A DNA stretch of 31,838 bases from Pseudomonadota bacterium. Its GTDB lineage: Bacteria; Bdellovibrionota_G; JALEGL01; DATDPG01. The stretch covers positions 1 through 31,838 of the forward strand of contig JAZDIZ010000152.1 of NCBI GenBank assembly GCA_043804515.1. The letters run 5' to 3'. Of this stretch, positions 26,050 to 31,838 are shown piece after piece. Within the stretch, counting starts at the first letter, position 1; every line of letters begins with the position of its first letter. The position numbers and the translations under genes are program-made. The notes beneath the pieces were generated by a model. The model made no database searches and was not told the DNA's origin. It saw only the letters and a list, made by a program, of their open reading frames with translations.

Positions 26050-26520
26050 CTATTTGGTTGAGGCACCCGTGAACGACGTACCGGCGTATGCGTAGCTTCG
26101 ATTGCGCACGGCCGAAATCTCCTTGCGATCCCTGATACCATAAAACGTGGGAGACCAGAGCGTGAGCCTATATGTATCCACACGTTCGCCCCTTTTCGTG
26201 TCGGATGTTGTCAGGCGCACCAGGACAAGGTCGCACTTCACCAGGAATTCCTGCCCGAGCGGGTTCGTCACCCAGAAGGTGATTTCCTGTTCAAAGAAGC
26301 GATTCAGCGGGCGCCCGCCGATGATCACACCCCGCGTCCAATCGAACGCCAGTTCTCGCGAGCGAAAGCGGGAGGCTTCCTCATCGACCGCTTCGCCCAC
26401 TGCTCGAGCGACCGACCGGCGAAAATTAGGATCCGTCAGGCTTTGTGCTTTGGCGGATGTACTCGCGCAAAAAGCCAGACATACAACCGTAACGACAGTA
26501 CTGAAAACGTGCCTAGGCAT
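26050..26520 (-). CDS. Hypothetical secreted protein
   Basis: From ATG 26520: MPRHVFSTVVTVVCLAFCASTSAKA-QS looks like a signal peptide with an AxA cleavage site. No family recognised. Confidence 0.6.
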   Translation of the reverse strand: MPRHVFSTVVTVVCLAFCASTSAKAQSLTDPNFRRSVARAVGEAVDEEASRFRSRELAFDWTRGVIIGGRPLNRFFEQEITFWVTNPLGQEFLVKCDLVLVRLTTSDTKRGERVDTYRLTLWSPTFYGIRDRKEISAVRNRSYAYAGTSFTGASTK

Positions 26521-26588
26521 GCGCCGGCTTATAGCACCATTGACTTGGTGCGTCAACGGCTCGGTCGCCGCGACGTGCGGCGCTCCAA

Positions 26589-27911
26589 TCAGTCGTAATA
26601 CTCCTGGCCCAGGTGTGTGATGAGGTCCTCGCCCTTCACGAAACGCAGCGTGTTCTTGAGCTTCATAAGCTGGATGAAAAGATCATGCTCCGGGTACAGC
26701 CCTTTTGCGTGCATGGGGCTCTTGTAATAGAACGAGAGCCATTCCTGGATTCCGCGGAACCCGCATCGCCTCGCGAAGTCCATGAAGAGCGCGAGATCCA
26801 GGACGACCGGCGCCGCCAGGATGGAGTCCTTGCAGAGGAAGTTGATCTTGAGCTGCATCTTGTAGTCCAGCCAGCCGCGCAGATCGATGTTGTCCCAGCT
26901 TTCCTTATTGTCGCCGCGGGGCGGGTAATAGTTGATGCGCACCTTGTGATGCAGATTCCCGTACAGATCGGGATAAAGCTTGGGTTCAAGGATGTGCTCC
27001 AGCACCGAGAGCTTGGATTCCTCTTTTGTCTTGAAGTTCTCCGGAGCGTCCAGAACCTCGCCGTCGCGGTTTCCCAGGATGTTCGTGGAGAACCAGCCGT
27101 CGATGCCGATCAAGCGCGCTTTGAGGCCCGGGGCCAGAATCGTCTTCATCAGGGTTTGGCCGGTCTTGAAATCCTTTCCGGATAACGGAACGTTCTTCTC
27201 CTTCGCCAGGTTCAACAGCGCCGGAATGTCGACCGTGAGATTGGGCGCGCCGTTGGCGAACGGAACGCCGGATTGAATCGCGGCGTACGCGTAAATCATG
27301 CTCGGAGCGATCATCGGATCGTTGTCTTTGAGCCCTTTCTCGAACGCCTCGATCGACTGATGTACCGGCCCTTCCTGGATGTATGCTTCGGTCGAAGCGC
27401 ACCAGACCATGACCATTCGGCTGACCTTTTTCTCCTCCTTGAAGCGCTGGATGTCTTCCATCAGCATCCGAGCGAGATCGTATTTGGTCTTTCCCTTCTT
27501 GACGTATGTGCCGTCCAGACGGCTGACGTATTGCTTATCGAAAACCGCCGGCATGGGGCGAATGGTTGCGATGTCGTCCTTCAACTGCTCGACCAGGTCC
27601 CCGAAAATCACGCGGGAGCGCTTGGCCACGTCGTAGCAGCTCTCGTCAAAGATATCCCAGGCGCCGAATTCCAGATTCTCGAGCTGAGCGAGGGGGACGA
27701 AGTCCCGGATGAGCGGTGAGTTGCGATCCGTCCTTTTACCCAGCCGAATGTGCCCCATCTGCGTGAGGGAGCCGAGGGGTTGGCCCAACCCCTGAAGGAT
27801 CGCCTTCACACCGATTATGAACGTGGTGCTGACGGCGCCCAACCCGGGGATCAGGATGCCGAGTTTCCCGTCGGCCGGAGCGATTTCCATTTTCTTGCCT
27901 TGTTTGTCCAT
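26589..27911 (-). CDS. ino1: myo-inositol-1-phosphate synthase
   Basis: GLGAVSTT, WCASTE, ANGAPN, GKDFKTGQTLMK, NILGNRDG, GDNKESWD, CKDSILAAP. GGAAAGG SD. Confidence 0.95.
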   Translation of the reverse strand: MDKQGKKMEIAPADGKLGILIPGLGAVSTTFIIGVKAILQGLGQPLGSLTQMGHIRLGKRTDRNSPLIRDFVPLAQLENLEFGAWDIFDESCYDVAKRSRVIFGDLVEQLKDDIATIRPMPAVFDKQYVSRLDGTYVKKGKTKYDLARMLMEDIQRFKEEKKVSRMVMVWCASTEAYIQEGPVHQSIEAFEKGLKDNDPMIAPSMIYAYAAIQSGVPFANGAPNLTVDIPALLNLAKEKNVPLSGKDFKTGQTLMKTILAPGLKARLIGIDGWFSTNILGNRDGEVLDAPENFKTKEESKLSVLEHILEPKLYPDLYGNLHHKVRINYYPPRGDNKESWDNIDLRGWLDYKMQLKINFLCKDSILAAPVVLDLALFMDFARRCGFRGIQEWLSFYYKSPMHAKGLYPEHDLFIQLMKLKNTLRFVKGEDLITHLGQEYYD

Positions 27912-28043
27912 GACGTGGCCCTTTCCTTCCGCGCTACAAAGAATTCGGGAACAAAGACGGCCGCTTATACGCCCAAACCGCCCGCAAGTCCAAACGGCGC
28001 CCGGCGCAAACCGGTCCCGATGCCGGATGCCCGGGTCTGCTTC

Positions 28044-29609
28044 TCAATCGGAGCGTACGAAATGGCAACCCAGGCTCTGGCGATTCCGGAGGGCCGCCGT
28101 CACGATGAGCTGGGCGGTCGTGGAACCGTTTCTCAGGCCGATGAGATCATCGGAGAGTTTGGAACCCGCGTAGAATTTCTGAACTTCGTCCGACAACTCG
28201 CGGAGGATGCGTTGGGCTCTCTCCAGGCGCTTCGGCGTCCGGATGAGGCCGACATAGTTCCACATCGTGTGCTTGATCGTGACCCAATCCTGGATCAGGA
28301 GATCGGCATCCACTTTTTCCGTCTCGGGCTTCCAGGAACGGACCGGCGGCAATGCCGGAACTGACGCCGAAAGTTCTCCCGCGATGGCACGGCCCGCTCT
28401 CACGCCCCAGACCAAATCCTCGAGGAGGGACGTCGAGGCCAGGCGGTTGGCTCCATGAACCCCCGTGCAGCTCACCTCCCCTACCGCATAGAGATTTCGG
28501 ATGGTCGTACGCCCGTCCAGATCCACAAATACTCCACCGCAGGAATAGTGGGCCGCTGGCACGACCGGAATGGGGGAAACGGTGATGTCGATCCCCTCCT
28601 TCAAGCACTCGGCAAATACCCCCGGAAACCGCTTTCGGATCCAGTCGGCCGGTTTGTGCGAGATGTCCAGATATACCCAATGAGAGGACTCCTCGCGGAG
28701 CAGTTCGTCGTGAATGGCGCGAGACACGATGTCGCGGGGCGCCAGCGTTCCCCGCGGGTCGTATTTCTTCATGAACTCTTCGCCCGCGGCGTTGTACAAG
28801 CGGGCCCCCTCCCCTCGCAGCGCTTCGGTGATCAGAAACCGATCCTGGGTTTTTCGGTAGAGCGCCGTGGGATGGAATTGGATGTATTCCAGGTTCATGA
28901 TCCGCGCGCCCGTCCGGTAGGCCATCGCCATCCCGTCTCCACGCGCCCCGACCGGATTGGTTGTGTGGAGGTAGAGCCGGCCGAGGCCTCCGGTGGCAAG
29001 AACCGTGTACCTCGCCAGGACGGACACGATTTCCCCTTTCGCTTGGTCGAACACGTACGCGCCGATGCAGCGGGAGGGTTCGTACTGATCCTGTGCGCGG
29101 GTGGAGTGATGCGCCAGCGTGAGAAGGTCCACGGCGGTATGACGCGTGAGGATCTTCACGTCTTTCCTCTTGGCAAGCTCGTTCAAAAACGCCTTTTCGA
29201 TCGCGGCCCCGGTTTGATCTCCGCAATGCAGAATCCGATGCGTCGAGTGAGCCGCTTCGCCCGTCGTGTCCAATGCCCCGTCCTCATTCCGATCGAAGGG
29301 GATCTCGAGATTCTTCAGGAGGATTTTTTCGACCAAGGCCGGGCCGTCGGTCGCCAGGACCCGCACGGCTTTCTCGTTGCAAATTCCGGCTCCCGCTTCC
29401 TGGATATCCCGAATCAGCTGATCGGGCGTGGACTCTGGCGCGCCGCGGAATACGATCCCCCCTTGGGCGTACGATGTGGCCGTTTCCTCGGGCTTCTCCG
29501 CCCGCGTGATAAGCGTGACCGCTCGACCTCTCTCCGCAAGTTCGAGGGCTGCCACGCACCCGGCCAATCCCGTCCCGATCACCAGACAGTCGACTTCGAG
29601 TGTCTTCAC
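28044..29609 (-). CDS. nadB: L-aspartate oxidase
   Basis: VIGTGLAG, SYAQGGI, EAAHSTHRILH, QFHPT, LITEALRGEG, PAAHYSCGG, GVHGANRLASTSLLE. GTG start overlaps the nadC stop (GTGA). Confidence 0.95.
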   Translation of the reverse strand: MKTLEVDCLVIGTGLAGCVAALELAERGRAVTLITRAEKPEETATSYAQGGIVFRGAPESTPDQLIRDIQEAGAGICNEKAVRVLATDGPALVEKILLKNLEIPFDRNEDGALDTTGEAAHSTHRILHCGDQTGAAIEKAFLNELAKRKDVKILTRHTAVDLLTLAHHSTRAQDQYEPSRCIGAYVFDQAKGEIVSVLARYTVLATGGLGRLYLHTTNPVGARGDGMAMAYRTGARIMNLEYIQFHPTALYRKTQDRFLITEALRGEGARLYNAAGEEFMKKYDPRGTLAPRDIVSRAIHDELLREESSHWVYLDISHKPADWIRKRFPGVFAECLKEGIDITVSPIPVVPAAHYSCGGVFVDLDGRTTIRNLYAVGEVSCTGVHGANRLASTSLLEDLVWGVRAGRAIAGELSASVPALPPVRSWKPETEKVDADLLIQDWVTIKHTMWNYVGLIRTPKRLERAQRILRELSDEVQKFYAGSKLSDDLIGLRNGSTTAQLIVTAALRNRQSLGCHFVRSD

Positions 29610-30433
29610 GGAAGTTTCAACTCCAGCGAGATGTCGGCGGCCTTGGGGGAATGGGTGAGCGCCCCCACGGAAATAAAATTCACACCAAGCTTGGCGAGCC
29701 GTTCGACCCGCTCCAGCGTGATTCCGCCGGAGACCTCGACCTCCACCCGGCCGGCGATCTTGCTCACGCATCGTTCCACATCGGCATCCGTCATGTTGTC
29801 CAGCAGCAATCTCGTGGCTCCCGCCGAGACGGCCTCGTCGATCTGGCCGGCGGACGTGATCTCCACGATGACCGGCGCCTTGGGACGGCGTTCCCGCGCC
29901 TTCCTGACGCACACTCCGACCGAACCTCCCATGGCGGCGATATGATTGTCCTTGATCAGCACGGCGTCAAACAGGCCTAATCGGTTGTTGAATCCCCCTC
30001 CCACGCGGACCGCGTATTTGTCCAGTTCGCGCAGAAGCGGCGCGGTTTTACGGGTATCGAGGATTTTGGCCTTCGTGCCCGCCGTGCGCTCCACATACTT
30101 GCGCGTGAGTGTTGCGATGCCGCAAAGACGGGCCAGAAAATTCAACGCTACGCGCTCCCCTTTCAGGATCGACCGTGTCTTCCCTTCGACCACCAGGAGA
30201 ATCCCCCCTGCCTTTACCGAGACGCCGTCGGAAACCCGTGCGGTCAGGCGCACCTTCGGATCGACGGTGCGAAGCACATCTTCCGCGACCTCCAAGCCAG
30301 CCACAACCAGGTCTTCTTTCGCGACGAATTCCCCCTTGGCGGTTTGCTGTGCGGGTACAACGGCATCCGTCGTGATATCCCCGCGCCCCAGGTCCTCCTT
30401 GAGAGCGCGCTTGATCAGATCTTTGATGGCCAT
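29606..30433 (-). CDS. nadC: Quinolinate phosphoribosyltransferase (nicotinate-nucleotide diphosphorylase)
   Basis: ALKEDLGRGDITT, ERVALNFL, DTRKT, LIKDNH, LLDNM, EVSGGI, ISVGALTHS. Confidence 0.96.
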   Translation of the reverse strand: MAIKDLIKRALKEDLGRGDITTDAVVPAQQTAKGEFVAKEDLVVAGLEVAEDVLRTVDPKVRLTARVSDGVSVKAGGILLVVEGKTRSILKGERVALNFLARLCGIATLTRKYVERTAGTKAKILDTRKTAPLLRELDKYAVRVGGGFNNRLGLFDAVLIKDNHIAAMGGSVGVCVRKARERRPKAPVIVEITSAGQIDEAVSAGATRLLLDNMTDADVERCVSKIAGRVEVEVSGGITLERVERLAKLGVNFISVGALTHSPKAADISLELKLP

Positions 30434-31114
30434 CTAAAGCGGGATCTTCTTGTAGAGCACCCATTTCCCCGCGGACACCCGAACTTCCACGGCGTCCCCC
30501 GTGAGATCGCCCTCTTTCCGGGCCCGTGCCTGCGTGAAATCCACGGATTTTTGAAAAACTTTGGAGCCCAGCCTGAGTTCAAACGAAAGTGTGGGGGCTT
30601 TGACGTTCTTCGAGGATGCGGACTTGGCGGCGCGCTCCGCAAGCATTTTCCGCAGCTGCTCGGGGGAGCCGCTGATTGTTTGATCCAGCCTCCATTCCTC
30701 TTCTTCCGCCACTTCAAGCCGGCTCTCCCGCTGGGACGTACGATGTTCCTCGCTCGCCCGGATGACTTCCAGGACGTGCCCTCCGACGGCGACCTTCTCC
30801 CCTGGTGAGAGGAGATGTTCCGTCACCTTCACTCCCCGGACGTAGATGCCGTGTTCGCTTTCCTGGTCCTCGATGAAATATTCTCCGTTCCGGTTCATCA
30901 CGCGCGCGTGGGAGCGGGAGACCTTGGGGTCGTCCAGAACCACATGATTCTCCGACATCCGGCCGATGTACGTGATGTCCGGCTCCAGGCGCACCGTTCG
31001 AAGGCATTGATCGCCCTTATGGACGCGTAGAGCGAACGGCGCCGTCGGCCGCGGCCTCATGACGGCCTCCCATACTTCGCCTTGATCGTCGGTGCGAACC
31101 TTGTCATCTGCCAT
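30434..31114 (-). CDS. FHA-domain protein
   Basis: YIGRMSENHVVLDDPKVSRSHARV...IEDQESEHGIYVRG...LSPGEKVAVG. AAGGGAG SD before ATG 31114. Confidence 0.85.
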   Translation of the reverse strand: MADDKVRTDDQGEVWEAVMRPRPTAPFALRVHKGDQCLRTVRLEPDITYIGRMSENHVVLDDPKVSRSHARVMNRNGEYFIEDQESEHGIYVRGVKVTEHLLSPGEKVAVGGHVLEVIRASEEHRTSQRESRLEVAEEEEWRLDQTISGSPEQLRKMLAERAAKSASSKNVKAPTLSFELRLGSKVFQKSVDFTQARARKEGDLTGDAVEVRVSAGKWVLYKKIPL

Positions 31115-31349
31115 AGAGTCTCCCTTACGGGAATCCTTAGAGGGGATATCCTCCCATCCTACACGCGTCCGATGCAACGCTCATGTAATGTTCATCGAGA
31201 TTGCGGTCCATGGAGCCAGATTCCGGCGGATCCGGCCGCCGAACAGGCCTTTCAGGGAACTCCGCGGCCTATCTCGGGATTCCGGCACGTTTTTTATCGT
31301 AGGCGAAATTCGATAATTGCCCAATTCTTAAGTAGAGTGTTTCCTCTCC

Positions 31350-31838
31350 ATGTTCGGTTGGATCACACGCGAACTCGCGGTACGGAAAGCGGAACGCCTT
31401 GCCCGCATGGGCAGGCTGGAAGAGGCTCTCCTGGCGATCGACGCCGTGATCGCCCGGCGGCCGGAGGACGTGAAACTCCTGACGCACAAGGCATGGTTTC
31501 TCTCCGATCTTCACCGGCACGACGAGGCCCTTACGGAGATCGGGAAGGGGCTGGAACTCTCCCCGAAACGCGCCGTGCTGCACATGCTCCAGGGAGAAGT
31601 GCTTTATCGGAAGGGGGATTACGATCAGGCCAAGGCCTCGCTTCTTAAAGCTCTCGAGCATTCAGGGGAGAACATCCGCGTCGAGTACCTCTTGGGCCTT
31701 GTTCACATCGCCCTCAATGACGTGGAACGCGCGTCTCAATATTTCGAATCGAGCGTGCGCTACGACAAGCTTCTCGTCCGAAGCCGCCTCCTGGCCATGG
31801 CGGAGTATTACCTGTTCCGGCAGCAATCCAAGGGTGGC
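31350..31838 (+). CDS. Tetratricopeptide repeat protein (runs off right edge; absent from the ORF track)
   Basis: Manual translation MFGWITRELAVRKAERLARMGRLEEALLAID...HDEALTEIGKGLELSP...QGEVLYRKGDYDQAKASLLKALE...YLLGLVHIALNDVERASQYFE. Confidence 0.85.
   Translation, partial: MFGWITRELAVRKAERLARMGRLEEALLAIDAVIARRPEDVKLLTHKAWFLSDLHRHDEALTEIGKGLELSPKRAVLHMLQGEVLYRKGDYDQAKASLLKALEHSGENIRVEYLLGLVHIALNDVERASQYFESSVRYDKLLVRSRLLAMAEYYLFRQQSKGG

Noticed and set aside
28455..29945. 496-aa plus-strand ORF
   Set aside because: Antisense shadow of nadB/nadC.
1..31838. CRISPR arrays, tRNA/rRNA genes, transposases, integrases, reverse transcriptases, defence systems
   Set aside because: No regularly spaced repeats, cloverleaf/T-loop signatures or relevant protein motifs were found by eye; short or degenerate cases could have been missed.

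Overview
GC-rich bacterial chromosomal segment. The gene content (PilZ, J-like/TPR and FHA proteins) suggests a Myxococcota/Bdellovibrionota-like deltaproteobacterium, which is inference. Left to right: a truncated DsbD/CcdA gene, ihfA, a PilZ protein, then an atypical complex I-like operon (nuoA-C-D-H-I-J-K-L-M-N). That operon has no nuoB and no nuoEFG, a NuoL with an exact 26-aa duplication in its lateral helix but only one nuoM, and a NuoH with a large hydrophobic insertion. Next are an unannotated 24-aa Lys/Arg-rich peptide gene, a housekeeping run (J-like/TPR, ChaN-like, CCA enzyme, S41 protease, trmB, family-5 UDG, pcm), and an accessory-looking block (structured intergenic DNA, aldo-keto reductase, 4-repeat Ig-like lipoprotein, deiminase-family enzyme, secreted orphan). 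A canonical 28-bp XerC/D dif site lies at 25974-26001, near where gene orientation flips, so this is probably the replication terminus. The window ends with ino1, nadB, nadC, an FHA protein and a truncated TPR gene. All calls come from motif recognition by eye; no searches or folding programs were run.
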